Source of the DNA: Bacteroidota bacterium
GTDB taxonomy: Bacteria > Bacteroidota > Bacteroidia > Bacteroidales > FEN-979
Assembly: GCA_026391845.1 (NCBI GenBank)
Contig: JAPLDG010000338.1
Coordinates: 1-59,907, forward strand
Direction of reading: 5' to 3'
DNA length: 59,907 nt
Part shown: positions 25,971 to 35,415 of the stretch, piece after piece
Position numbering within the stretch: position 1 is the first letter of the stretch
Layout of the letters: each line of letters starts with the position of its first letter
The notes under the pieces: model-generated
What the model saw: the letters and a program-made list of their open reading frames with translations, nothing else
Database searches by the model: none
Told to the model about the DNA's origin: nothing
Translations under genes and position numbers: made by a program

Positions 25971-28615
25971 TTTTCTATCGTTAACACTCCTTCCACGGTT
26001 AGGTATTTCAAAGCCTCAATCGTTAATGATGCATCCGGGCCGATGGTCAGGTCGTGGCAGATGGCCGGGCTCTCCGATGATACTACGGGCATATGGATTA
26101 CCCCTGAAGGAATCATTACATTGTTTGTTGCAACCGGCACCCCGCTGATGAGCGAATGATTCAGCATTTGCCAGTTTGCATGATTATTCCAATCACTATT
26201 TTCCGCACCGGTCCATACCCAGGTCAGATCAGCCGGGCCGAACATAAAATTCCCTTTGCCGTTAAAAACAACTTCAGTCAGATGAAGCGCTGAGTCGTAC
26301 GAAACAGCAGATACCCGTCCATCAAGCAATTGCAGCGGACCTGAGGAATAAAGCTTAACCGTGCCAAAGTCGGAGACATATCCGCCCGACAATTCCGAAT
26401 CAATCTTCATCCATGCAATATCAAGCTTTTTGCCGGTCCGGATCATGGTTTGAGTTCCAGCTATAATGCTGTCGCCGGATTGAAGAAAAGCAGCAGAGAA
26501 CAAACCATCGGCCGATTTCGACAGAAAGCTGATTTTTCCATTGCCCTTTACCGGCTCTTCCATGCCGGAAGAATCGGCAGAAACGGTAAACAAACCTCCG
26601 TTTTGCGAACAGAAAACAAGATCCCGGTGGTTATCCTCCTGAATCCTGACCGAAGTTACCGCATTGCTTTGACTTGCAGGTAAAACCAGCGGAGAAACCG
26701 TTGTATATGGAAACAGGGTGGAAAGGAACAAAGTACTTGCAACGGAGTTCTTCTGTACCAACATCTTCGAATACCTCCGGAAACCTCCGCTGATCACCAT
26801 GCTGTCCTGTTCATAGGAATACCCCGATGCATTTCCGGGAGTAGTGACGCGTGCAAGCAATGAAACGGAATTCCGCAAATAAAACCCCTGCGCATGGGCA
26901 AAGTCCGGAACAAAGGCACCGGTTGAGGCGGTTGATGTACTCCCGTATAAACCGTTCCCGTGCAGCTGAAATGTGTAATTTTTCGCTGAGGTTGAAGACA
27001 CGAAGTCGCTGAGCAGAAAGTACTTATTCCGAACAAACAGGGTTTTCCGAATGATGTCGGCGCCCTGATAGGTAACCCGAACCTCTCCATAATCGAGCAG
27101 CGGCGTATCAAACCCATGTTCGATATACGCTGTATTGGTGGCAGTATTCACAAGTTCTCCGTTTGGAGTTAAGGGCCCTGCTCCGTTGACAAGGATCAAA
27201 CTGTGATCAATGGCTTTATTTTCAAGCGCAGCGAGCGATGCGCCTGGGTATCCGGGGTCAACCGCAAGAAGTTCGCCATAGGCGGCCAGTGAAAAACTCG
27301 AGGCATCTGCCTGATGGTGCGATTTTGCTCCGGTCAGCGCAACTCCATGCTTGCCGATCAGGTGCATGTAAACCGCGGAAGTTTCCCAGGATGATCGAAA
27401 AACCAGGCTTCCGGCTGCAGGCAATGACTGGAAAAGACTATCCTCCATGGGGCCGTGTGCCACATTCTCTGCGATATATTGTGTCCGGATCATGGGATCA
27501 TCCGGTGTAAAACCGGGGTTGAGCCAGTTAAATTGCGGTTTTCCCGACAATGCCATGATAACGGTGCCAAACCCAAGATAACTGTCATGAATGTCGGGGC
27601 TGCTGCCATCCGGCATCCTGATCTTGTTCATCCAGTCGTAAAGCCGGTCGTATCGCAGGTCAAACCAGGGGTTCCTGATGCTTCGGGTGGTGCTGTTAAA
27701 GGTTGCAGGATAATTTCCATCCGGCAGGAAATTTCCCATGGCGCGGATAAAGGGAAAGGCATTTTCAAAAGCATACTTGAAGTAGCTTGGTCCTTCGGCA
27801 TAACCTGCCAGCGTATCGGGTTCAGAAACACGCGGATAAGAGCCATTTTCCATCCACAGCGTATTGTCGAGGTTATAAAGTCCGGCATTGATCCAGTTCT
27901 GCGGCTGATAATTTACATTGGTACTGGTATGATCATTAAAAACCACTGCAGCTAATCCCAACGCTGAAGCGGTCATGATGCTGTGGTTATTGAACTGGTA
28001 AGCAAAAAACTTCATGGTCACGAACGGGAAAACGGTATAGGATGCCATGGCCCGCTGGTACAGGTTGGCCGTAAATGTAAGCAGCTTCGTTTTTGATGCT
28101 TCCAGCAGTGGCTGAGCGGTACCTGCGCCCTTCAGGAGATCATAGGCTATGATATATGAAATGAGTTCTTTTGAGCGGTTCTGCCAGGGATTGTAAAAAG
28201 TCCAGGATGTTCCGATATCCACGTCGGTATTTATTTGCTCAAGGAGCCACAGACAACGGGTTAATAATGAATCCCGTTCTATCTGAGGCAGCGGGACAAT
28301 GACGCCGGCAGAATACTTTTTGTCCATCAGGTAAGCAAATGCCGTTTCACGTGCGATGAGCGACCTCAGAAACCGGTCATTGTTGGTTGAATTGCCCGGT
28401 GGAATAACCGCATTGTAAGCTGTTGACCAGATGCTACCGTATAAAAAGAGATGATCAGGATCGGATAATGACGCCCTGACAACCGGAATCGCAGCGCTAT
28501 CGAGCAATGTTCTCGGAAATGCAGGATCAGATCCAGGCGGATTCCAACTTCCCTGGGAATAAATATGGCAAGGGAGCAAAGCCAGTAAAAGGTAGAAAAT
28601 CAAGCGGTTTTTCAT
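25964..28615 (-). CDS. Heparinase II/III-like (polysaccharide lyase-like) secreted protein
   Basis: Signal peptide MKNRLIFYLLLALLPCHIYSQ at the internal Met (28615). The HHQADASSFSLAAYGELLAVDPGYPG segment matches the heparinase II/III H.H.D.gsF.l...G..l..D.G pattern. The upstream 56 codons of the ORF-track call run through a repeat hairpin and are probably not translated. Confidence 0.6.
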   Translation of the reverse strand: MKNRLIFYLLLALLPCHIYSQGSWNPPGSDPAFPRTLLDSAAIPVVRASLSDPDHLFLYGSIWSTAYNAVIPPGNSTNNDRFLRSLIARETAFAYLMDKKYSAGVIVPLPQIERDSLLTRCLWLLEQINTDVDIGTSWTFYNPWQNRSKELISYIIAYDLLKGAGTAQPLLEASKTKLLTFTANLYQRAMASYTVFPFVTMKFFAYQFNNHSIMTASALGLAAVVFNDHTSTNVNYQPQNWINAGLYNLDNTLWMENGSYPRVSEPDTLAGYAEGPSYFKYAFENAFPFIRAMGNFLPDGNYPATFNSTTRSIRNPWFDLRYDRLYDWMNKIRMPDGSSPDIHDSYLGFGTVIMALSGKPQFNWLNPGFTPDDPMIRTQYIAENVAHGPMEDSLFQSLPAAGSLVFRSSWETSAVYMHLIGKHGVALTGAKSHHQADASSFSLAAYGELLAVDPGYPGASLAALENKAIDHSLILVNGAGPLTPNGELVNTATNTAYIEHGFDTPLLDYGEVRVTYQGADIIRKTLFVRNKYFLLSDFVSSTSAKNYTFQLHGNGLYGSTSTASTGAFVPDFAHAQGFYLRNSVSLLARVTTPGNASGYSYEQDSMVISGGFRRYSKMLVQKNSVASTLFLSTLFPYTTVSPLVLPASQSNAVTSVRIQEDNHRDLVFCSQNGGLFTVSADSSGMEEPVKGNGKISFLSKSADGLFSAAFLQSGDSIIAGTQTMIRTGKKLDIAWMKIDSELSGGYVSDFGTVKLYSSGPLQLLDGRVSAVSYDSALHLTEVVFNGKGNFMFGPADLTWVWTGAENSDWNNHANWQMLNHSLISGVPVATNNVMIPSGVIHMPVVSSESPAICHDLTIGPDASLTIEALKYLTVEGVLTIENY

Positions 28616-28645
28616 ATTTCGATCCGGTTCATAGTGAAAAATAAC

Positions 28646-28776
28646 CACATTAGGCACAATAGGGCACAATAGGGCACAATAGAGCACAGTAGGAAGTCGC
28701 AGCAGGAAACCACGGCACGACAAGAAACAAATTTCCTGTTGTGCCCCGCTATTGTGCCCTATTGTGCCTATTGTGT
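28646..28776. repeat. Inverted arrays of a 10-bp tandem repeat (GGCACAATAG) forming a ~130-nt imperfect hairpin in a divergent intergenic region
   Basis: Left arm: GGCACAATAG x3 (28653-28682) plus a degenerate fourth copy AGCACAGTAG. Right arm: CTATTGTGCC x2 plus TATTGTG (28749-28775). Inner complementary pair CAGGAAA (28703-28709) / TTTCCTG (28732-28738). Confidence 0.85.
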
Positions 28777-28904
28777 TAATCAAAACTCATCTATAAAGGT
28801 AATCATTTTACTATTCATCCAGGATGTCAATGCAGGCATTATAACAAAATCGGTGTAACTTCGTTAACTTGTATAAACCAGCAGGAACATCCAAATCTCA
28901 AATC

Positions 28905-29618
28905 ATGAACAAACGAATTTTATTGCCGTTATTTATATTTCTCATTGGGATCTGTGCCGCCAATGCCCAATTCCCGGTATCCATCAAGCAAATCATCGAT
29001 CCGGCAAAAGGAGGACTGACCGAAAAAAATGCCGCCGATGGCATCCGTGAGGCACTGATAAAGAGTACCGGGGAGAGTGTGAAAATTGTATCGATGGTGA
29101 ATGGTTACTTCGCCAATCCTGAAATTAAAATCCCATTTCCTCAGGAGGCCAGGGAAGTGGAGACAAAACTTCGCGCCATCGGCCTTGGGTCGGAGGTTGA
29201 CAATGTGGTTGCTGCCATCAACCGCGCAGCTGAAGATGCGGCAAAAAGCGCAGAACCGGTTTTTGTTTCAGCCATCAAGGGAATGAGCATTACCGATGCC
29301 ATCAATATCGTAAAAGGCAGCAACAACGCGGCAACAAGCTATCTGCAAAAAACAACATCCCCGGAATTGAAGACAAAATTCAGCCCCATCATCAAAACAT
29401 CGCTTGACAAAGTGGATGCAACGCGGCTTTGGGCAGATGTGATCAAACAATACAACCAGATCCCTTTTGTCAAAAAGCAGAATCCTGATCTGGTTGGTTA
29501 TGTTACCGATAAAGCAATTGCCGGATTATTTGTGGTTGTGGCAAAAGAAGAGACAAAAATCCGGCAAAACCCGGCTGCACGAACCACAGAACTGCTGAAA
29601 CAGGTGTTTGGAAAGTAA
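28905..29618 (+). CDS. Secreted DUF4197-like protein
   Basis: Signal peptide MNKRILLPLFIFLIGICAANAQ. The GLTEKNAADGIREALIKS... opening is as I recall for DUF4197-family periplasmic proteins, but the family call is from memory only. Confidence 0.55.
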   Translation: MNKRILLPLFIFLIGICAANAQFPVSIKQIIDPAKGGLTEKNAADGIREALIKSTGESVKIVSMVNGYFANPEIKIPFPQEAREVETKLRAIGLGSEVDNVVAAINRAAEDAAKSAEPVFVSAIKGMSITDAINIVKGSNNAATSYLQKTTSPELKTKFSPIIKTSLDKVDATRLWADVIKQYNQIPFVKKQNPDLVGYVTDKAIAGLFVVVAKEETKIRQNPAARTTELLKQVFGK

Positions 29619-29681
29619 TCATGGCGGGTAATTCATAAAACAGAGATCATCAAAACACTTCAGATCATAGTCACCGGCCTG

Positions 29682-31922
29682 GTGCAGGGTGTCGGGTTTC
29701 GCCCGTTCGTTTACCGCATGGCATTGAAGCACGAACTGAACGGCTGGGTGCAGAACACCAATGAAAATGTCCGCATCCGGGTAACCGGTCAGCCTGAAAA
29801 AATCTCCGGCTTCCTGATTTCTCTTGAATCAGAAGCTCCTCCTGCAGCCTTGATCGAAAAGATTGTGACAGAGGTAATTCAGGAGGAAGAGTTTACGAAA
29901 TTTCAGATCCTGCAAAGCCACGATATTTCTGAAGAAATTACGGAAATCAGTCCCGATATTGCGGTTTGTGACGATTGTCTTGAAGATTTGAACCGGCAGG
30001 GAAACCGCCTGGATTACGCTTTTGTGAACTGTACCAATTGCGGGCCACGGTTTACCATCATCCGCGATCTCCCTTACGACAGGGCCAAAACAACCATGCA
30101 GGTTTTTCCGATGTGCGGGGAATGTCAAAAGGAATATGAAAACATCAACGACCGCAGATTCCATGCACAACCTACTGCGTGTAAACAATGCGGACCCTGG
30201 TATGAACTTTTTGTCAAGGGGAAAAACGTCAGTGATGAAATCGGGGAGATCATCAGCCTTGTTTCACGAAGCATCCAAAACGGCCGGATTTTACTCATGA
30301 AGGGGCTTGGGGGCATGCACCTGGCCTGCGATGCATTCAATGAAACTGCTGTTGAAAACCTGAGAAATATTAAAATGAGGGAAGGCAAACCTTTTGCCAT
30401 GATGTTCCGTGACATGGAGGCGCTGAAGAAACACGCGTCGGCAGATTTTACAGAAGAACAATCATTGCAATCCTGGAGGCGCCCCATCGTTTTACTGGAA
30501 ATGAAACGCAATGAAGAACAATGGCTTGCAAGAACAGTCAACTCCGGGCTGAACCTGATCGGGGCGATGCTCCCTTATCTGCCGTTTCATCATTTGCTCT
30601 TTCAGCAACTCAAAACATCTGCCATCGTCCTCACCAGCGCGAATTTCAGCAATGAACCGATCCTCATAGATAATGAAGGGGCTTTGTCTCATTTTTCAGA
30701 TCATGTGGACGCCTTGGTTTTGCACAACCGCGATATTTATAACCGGGCTGATGATTCTGTCGTAAGGATCATGGGAGGAAAGGAACGGGTTTTCCGGCGT
30801 TCACGCGGGTATGTACCCACCCCTGTGCGAACCGCCCTGAACACGGAAGGTATTCTAGCTTTCGGCGCAGAGCTGACCAATTGTATTTGCATTGGTAAAG
30901 GTCAGAAAGCCTTTCTTAGCCAGCACATCGGGGATCTTCAAGGAATTGAAACCATCCGGTTTTATGAACAAACCATCGCACAATTTCTTCGGCTGTTCCG
31001 GGTAAAACCAGCCTTGCTGGCGGTGGATATGCACCCCGGCTATCAATCCACGATAACCGGCCGGAATTTCGGAACTGTTCCAATTGTCGCTGTACAGCAT
31101 CATCATGCCCACATCGCCTCATGTATGGCAGAACACCAACTTGATGAAATGGTGATTGGAGTTGCCTTTGATGGCACCGGTTATGGCGACGACGGCAACA
31201 TCTGGGGTTCTGAATTCCTGGTATGCGATCTGATGAATTACAGGAGGATCACCCATTTTGAATATCTCCCGATGCCCGGAGGAGACATGGCTGCCGAAGA
31301 GCCCTGGAGAATGGCGGTGTCATTGCTTTATAAGGTCTATGGGAAGGATTTCACAGACCTGAATTTATCTTTTTTCAGGGATATTGAATCTGAAAAAATT
31401 GAAATCCTGACCAGGATGATCGACCGGCACATCAACTGCCCGCTTACCTCCGGCGCCGGCCGGCTGTTTGACGCCGTTGCCTCGATGCTCGGTTTGTGCC
31501 AGATCGCAACATTCCAGGCAGAAGGGCCGATGCGTCTTGAATCTCTGGCTCAAAAAAATTGTCCCGGTTCCTATCCGGTTGAAATGAATGATACCATCTG
31601 CTTCAATGCCACTGTGCGGGGAATCGTGGATGATCTGATCCGCTGCATCGACATCACAATCATTGCCTCAAAGTTCCACAATACGATAATTTCGGTTATC
31701 TTTGAGGCTGCAAATGCCATCCGGAAGAAAGAAGGAATTAATAAAGTAGTACTTTCAGGGGGTGTTTTCCAGAATAAATATCTCCTGGAAGGAGCCATAA
31801 CTTTGCTGGAGAAGAACAATTTTGAAGTTTACACGCATGCTGCAGTACCCGCCAACGACGGGGGAATCGCACTGGGACAACTTGCTGTCGCATCAAAAAG
31901 GAGGAAAAATAAATGTGTTTAG
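29682..31922 (+). CDS. hypF: [NiFe]-hydrogenase maturation carbamoyltransferase HypF
   Basis: Acylphosphatase motif VQGVGFRPFV, two Zn-finger pairs (CDDC...CTNCGPRF; CGEC...CKQCGP), a YrdC-like domain and a Kae1-like domain. The real start is probably upstream of the GTG at 29682 (see finding). Confidence 0.9.
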   Translation: MQGVGFRPFVYRMALKHELNGWVQNTNENVRIRVTGQPEKISGFLISLESEAPPAALIEKIVTEVIQEEEFTKFQILQSHDISEEITEISPDIAVCDDCLEDLNRQGNRLDYAFVNCTNCGPRFTIIRDLPYDRAKTTMQVFPMCGECQKEYENINDRRFHAQPTACKQCGPWYELFVKGKNVSDEIGEIISLVSRSIQNGRILLMKGLGGMHLACDAFNETAVENLRNIKMREGKPFAMMFRDMEALKKHASADFTEEQSLQSWRRPIVLLEMKRNEEQWLARTVNSGLNLIGAMLPYLPFHHLLFQQLKTSAIVLTSANFSNEPILIDNEGALSHFSDHVDALVLHNRDIYNRADDSVVRIMGGKERVFRRSRGYVPTPVRTALNTEGILAFGAELTNCICIGKGQKAFLSQHIGDLQGIETIRFYEQTIAQFLRLFRVKPALLAVDMHPGYQSTITGRNFGTVPIVAVQHHHAHIASCMAEHQLDEMVIGVAFDGTGYGDDGNIWGSEFLVCDLMNYRRITHFEYLPMPGGDMAAEEPWRMAVSLLYKVYGKDFTDLNLSFFRDIESEKIEILTRMIDRHINCPLTSGAGRLFDAVASMLGLCQIATFQAEGPMRLESLAQKNCPGSYPVEMNDTICFNATVRGIVDDLIRCIDITIIASKFHNTIISVIFEAANAIRKKEGINKVVLSGGVFQNKYLLEGAITLLEKNNFEVYTHAAVPANDGGIALGQLAVASKRRKNKCV

Positions 31923-32137
31923 CCATACCTGCAAAAGTGATCAGTGTCACAGGGTCAAACGCCCTAGTAACCATTGAAGATATTGAATATCAGGCAAGTT
32001 TGCTACTACTGGACGATGTTCATCCGGGCGATTTTGTGATGCTGCATGCAGGTTTTGCCATCGGGAAAGTGGATCGTGAAGAAGCGGCAGAAACGTTGCG
32101 GCTTTTAAACGAAATTGCCAACAACAGCCCCGCCTGA
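31913..32137 (+). CDS. hypC: Hydrogenase assembly chaperone HypC
   Basis: MCLAIPAKV N-terminus with the essential Cys2; 74 aa; overlaps the hypF end and the hypD start. Confidence 0.9.
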   Translation: MCLAIPAKVISVTGSNALVTIEDIEYQASLLLLDDVHPGDFVMLHAGFAIGKVDREEAAETLRLLNEIANNSPA

Positions 32138-33216
32138 TGCAATACATCGACGAATACCGGACAAAAACGTTAATTCTTTCCATTTCAGAGGAGCTGAAAA
32201 AGAGGTCAAAAAAAGAGATCACACTGATGGAGGTCTGCGGCGGACATACCATGGCGATTCATCGGTTTGGGCTTCATGCTTTGCTGCCCTCCAACATTCA
32301 CCTGTTGTCCGGTCCCGGCTGCCCGGTTTGCGTGTCCAGCCAGCATTTCATTGATACTGCCATCGCTTACAGTCAGCTTCCCGATGCCATCATCACGACA
32401 TACGGCGATTTGATACGAGTACCCGGTTCAACCGGCTCACTGGAAAAAGAGAAAGCGAACGGCCGCGATATCCGGATCATCTATTCAGTGCTGGATGCGT
32501 TGGAAATTGCAAAGAACAACCCCGAACGGCCTCTGTTTTTCCCGGGCATCGGGTTTGAAACCACTGCTCCGGCAACGGCAGCGGCCATCATGGAGGCGAA
32601 AAAGGAAAAAATAGCCAATTTTTTTGTGCTGAGTGCGCACAAAGTCATGCCCCCGGTGATGGAGGCGCTGGTGAAAGAAGGTGTTAAAATCGACGGCTTC
32701 ATCGCACCCGGCCATGTGAGCGCCATAACAGGCACTGAAATCTACCATGATCTGGCAACAATTTACGGACTTGGCGTTGTCGTAGCCGGGTTTGAACCGG
32801 CCGACATGATGCAGGCCATCCTCATGCTCGTAGTGCAACTTGAAGAAGAGACACCCAAAGTTGAAATCCAGTATAAACGCATCGTTCATCCCGAAGGGAA
32901 CAGGATTGCCCGGGAGTTGCTGTCGAAAGTTTTTGAACTGAAAGATGACAATTGGCGCGGACTTGGGATAATTCGCAACAGCGGCCTCAAAATCAGGGAA
33001 GATTATTCGGATTTTGATGCCGAAAAAAGATATCCGATCACCATACCCGAACCAAATGAACCCAAAGGGTGCATTTGCGGTTCGATTCTGAAGGGGCTGA
33101 AATCGCCCGGCCAGTGCCCGCTGTTTGGCAAAACATGCACACCTTCCGACCCTGTTGGAGCATGCATGGTATCGGGAGAAGGAACTTGTGCCACCTATTA
33201 TAAATACCGCTCATGA
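32137..33216 (+). CDS. hypD: Hydrogenase maturation Fe-S protein HypD
   Basis: Motifs CGGHT, GPGCPVCV and FETTAP, plus the C-terminal Cys cluster. 359 aa. Confidence 0.95.
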   Translation: MQYIDEYRTKTLILSISEELKKRSKKEITLMEVCGGHTMAIHRFGLHALLPSNIHLLSGPGCPVCVSSQHFIDTAIAYSQLPDAIITTYGDLIRVPGSTGSLEKEKANGRDIRIIYSVLDALEIAKNNPERPLFFPGIGFETTAPATAAAIMEAKKEKIANFFVLSAHKVMPPVMEALVKEGVKIDGFIAPGHVSAITGTEIYHDLATIYGLGVVVAGFEPADMMQAILMLVVQLEEETPKVEIQYKRIVHPEGNRIARELLSKVFELKDDNWRGLGIIRNSGLKIREDYSDFDAEKRYPITIPEPNEPKGCICGSILKGLKSPGQCPLFGKTCTPSDPVGACMVSGEGTCATYYKYRS

Positions 33217-34235
33217 TCAACGGGGAGGAAAAAATATTGCTAAGCCATGGGAATGGTGGCCGGATGATGCACAAACTGATTGAGAATTTGTTCCTGCGGC
33301 ATTTTGGGAACAAAATCCTCGATGAACAAACAGATGCAGCCATTCTGCCGGTCGATGGTGCTGAGATCGCCTTTACAACAGACTCCTTTGTAATCGATCC
33401 GCTCTTCTTCCCCGGCGGGAATATCGGAAAACTTGCTGTTTGCGGTACTGTAAATGACCTTGCCGTTTCGGGCGCGGTGCCGCGCTATATCAGTGTTTCT
33501 TTTATCCTGGAAGAGGGTTTTCCGATATCCGAACTTGAAGTGATCGTTAAATCTCTTGCCGAGGAGGCGCAGTGCGCGCAGGTGACCATCGTTACCGGTG
33601 ATACCAAGGTTGTAAACAAAGGAAAATGCGACAAGTTGTTTATCAATACCGCCGGGATCGGAATGGTGCGGAAAGAGGACAAACTGGTTGGAAAGGCGCG
33701 GAATATCAACCCGGGAGATGTGATTCTGATCAACGGGACGATCGGGGATCATGGCATGGCCGTTATGAATGCCCGTGAATCATTCAATTTCAAATCGCCG
33801 GTGAAATCGGATTGTGCATCGCTCAACCATCTGATACGCGAAGTGCTGGATCATTCACCGGGAGTAAAATTCATGCGGGATCCCACACGAGGAGGCGTGG
33901 CAACGGTTCTCAACGAACTGGCCGCAAAAATAAACCAGGGAATTGAGATCAGGGAACAAGCAATCCCGGTTACGAAAGGGGTCAGCGCCATGTGCGAAAT
34001 TCTCGGCTTCGACCCCCTCCATATTGCCAACGAAGGGAAGGTTCTGATAGTGGCATCCGAAGAGGAAAGCCTGAATATCCTGGAAATAATGAAGAAACAC
34101 CCGTTGGGAGCTCAAAGCGCCATGATCGGACGTGTCGTGAATGACCATCCGGGGAAAGTGGTGTTAAAAACCGAAACAGGTGGCAAACGGATCATCGATT
34201 CATTGGTTGGCGATCCACTGCCACGAATTTGCTGA
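33213..34235 (+). CDS. hypE: Hydrogenase maturation carbamoyl dehydratase HypE
   Basis: PurM-like fold motifs and the diagnostic C-terminal ...PRIC. Confidence 0.95.
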   Translation: MINGEEKILLSHGNGGRMMHKLIENLFLRHFGNKILDEQTDAAILPVDGAEIAFTTDSFVIDPLFFPGGNIGKLAVCGTVNDLAVSGAVPRYISVSFILEEGFPISELEVIVKSLAEEAQCAQVTIVTGDTKVVNKGKCDKLFINTAGIGMVRKEDKLVGKARNINPGDVILINGTIGDHGMAVMNARESFNFKSPVKSDCASLNHLIREVLDHSPGVKFMRDPTRGGVATVLNELAAKINQGIEIREQAIPVTKGVSAMCEILGFDPLHIANEGKVLIVASEEESLNILEIMKKHPLGAQSAMIGRVVNDHPGKVVLKTETGGKRIIDSLVGDPLPRIC

Positions 34236-34247
34236 AACAAAACATGC

Positions 34248-34589
34248 ATGCACGAATTATCACTGGCCCTGGAAGTAATTGAACTGGTGCAACGAGAGGC
34301 AGGTAAACAAGGGTTATCTGCCATTCAGGAGATCCTGATTGAAGTCGGCGACCTGAGTGGTGTTGAAGCGGACGCTTTTCAATCGGCGCTGGAACTGCTG
34401 GTAAAAAACACCATCCTGAATGATGCAGTGGTGAAGATTATCCAGACTCACGGGAAAGGCATATGTGCTGCATGCAACAAGGAATTTGAAATGAAAAACC
34501 GGCTCGATACATGCCCCGGATGCCTGTGTTTTCCTTCGGAAATCACAGGCGGAAAAGAGTTCAGGGTGTTGTCGCTGCTTGCGGAATAA
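34248..34589 (+). CDS. hypA: Nickel insertion metallochaperone HypA
   Basis: MHELS N-terminal Ni site. Zn site CAAC...CPGC. 113 aa. Confidence 0.9.
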   Translation: MHELSLALEVIELVQREAGKQGLSAIQEILIEVGDLSGVEADAFQSALELLVKNTILNDAVVKIIQTHGKGICAACNKEFEMKNRLDTCPGCLCFPSEITGGKEFRVLSLLAE

Positions 34590-34608
34590 ACCAGATAATT
34601 TAACGACT

Positions 34609-35403
34609 ATGTGCGAAACATGCGGATGCGGAAACCCAGACGAATTTAAAATTCATGATCATCTTCACGACCATGATCATCTTCACGACCACGATCATCC
34701 CCACGACCACGATCACGACCATCATGGGCACAGTCACTCGCACGCGCATGAACACGGGCAAAAAAAGACGATCAGTCTCAATATGGACATTCTTTCGGAA
34801 AACAATCGTCAGGCTGAGCGCAACCGTGGCTATTTTGAGGGCAACCATATTCTTTGTCTGAACATGGTGAGCTCTCCGGGTTCCGGCAAAACCACCATTC
34901 TTGAAAAGACCATCCAATCTTTGATCTCCACACATAAAATTTTTGTCATTGAGGGTGATCAGCAAACAACCAGGGACGCAGAGCGGATTGAGAAATCCGG
35001 CGCCCCGGCGATCCAGATAAACACAGGATCGGGATGCCACCTCGATGCAAAGATGATCCAGCTGGCATTGAAAAAAATGGAGGTTGACAAACAATCGATC
35101 CTGTTCATTGAAAATGTGGGCAACCTCGTTTGCCCGGCCATGTTTGACCTTGGAGAACGGAAGCGGGTCGTGGTGATCAGCGTGACGGAGGGTGATGACA
35201 AGCCTTTGAAGTATCCCTACATGTTCCAGACCTCAAACCTCTGCATCATCAATAAAACCGACCTGTTGCCTTATGTCGATTTCAACGTGGAAACAGCCAT
35301 GAGTAACGCCCGGCAACTGAAGCCTGACCTTGAGTTCATCCTGGTGTCGGCAAAAACCGGGGAAGGACTGGATAAATGGTACAAATGGCTTGAAATTCAG
35401 TAA
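34609..35403 (+). CDS. hypB: Nickel-binding GTPase HypB with a His-rich tract
   Basis: MCETCGCG N-terminal high-affinity Ni motif, His-rich stretch HDHLHDHDHLHDHDHPHDHDHDHHGHSHSHAHEHG, P-loop GSPGSGKTT, and ENVGNLVCP. Confidence 0.9.
   Translation: MCETCGCGNPDEFKIHDHLHDHDHLHDHDHPHDHDHDHHGHSHSHAHEHGQKKTISLNMDILSENNRQAERNRGYFEGNHILCLNMVSSPGSGKTTILEKTIQSLISTHKIFVIEGDQQTTRDAERIEKSGAPAIQINTGSGCHLDAKMIQLALKKMEVDKQSILFIENVGNLVCPAMFDLGERKRVVVISVTEGDDKPLKYPYMFQTSNLCIINKTDLLPYVDFNVETAMSNARQLKPDLEFILVSAKTGEGLDKWYKWLEIQ
34654..34725 (+). repeat. 18-bp tandem repeat encoding the HypB His-rich tract
   Basis: CATGATCATCTTCACGAC occurs twice exactly (34654-34671 and 34672-34689), followed by two degenerate copies. 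Confidence 0.8.
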
Positions 35404-35415
35404 CCCGCAAGAGAG

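Noticed and set aside
25964-28615. Polysaccharide utilisation locus around the heparinase II/III-like gene.
   Set aside because: There is no SusC/SusD pair, glycoside hydrolase or hybrid two-component regulator adjacent to it. The neighbouring genes are unrelated.
28653-28775. Possible CRISPR array, because of the short tandem repeats.
   Set aside because: The repeat unit is only 10 bp, the copies abut with no spacers, the two arrays are inverted relative to each other, and no cas genes are in the window.
29616-29618. Stop-codon read-through fusing the DUF4197-like ORF to hypF. The two are in the same frame and separated by a single TAA.
   Set aside because: A periplasmic signal-peptide protein fused to cytoplasmic HypF makes no biological sense. 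The shared frame is most simply coincidence. The ATG at 29621 plus a 1-nt correction explains the hypF start better.
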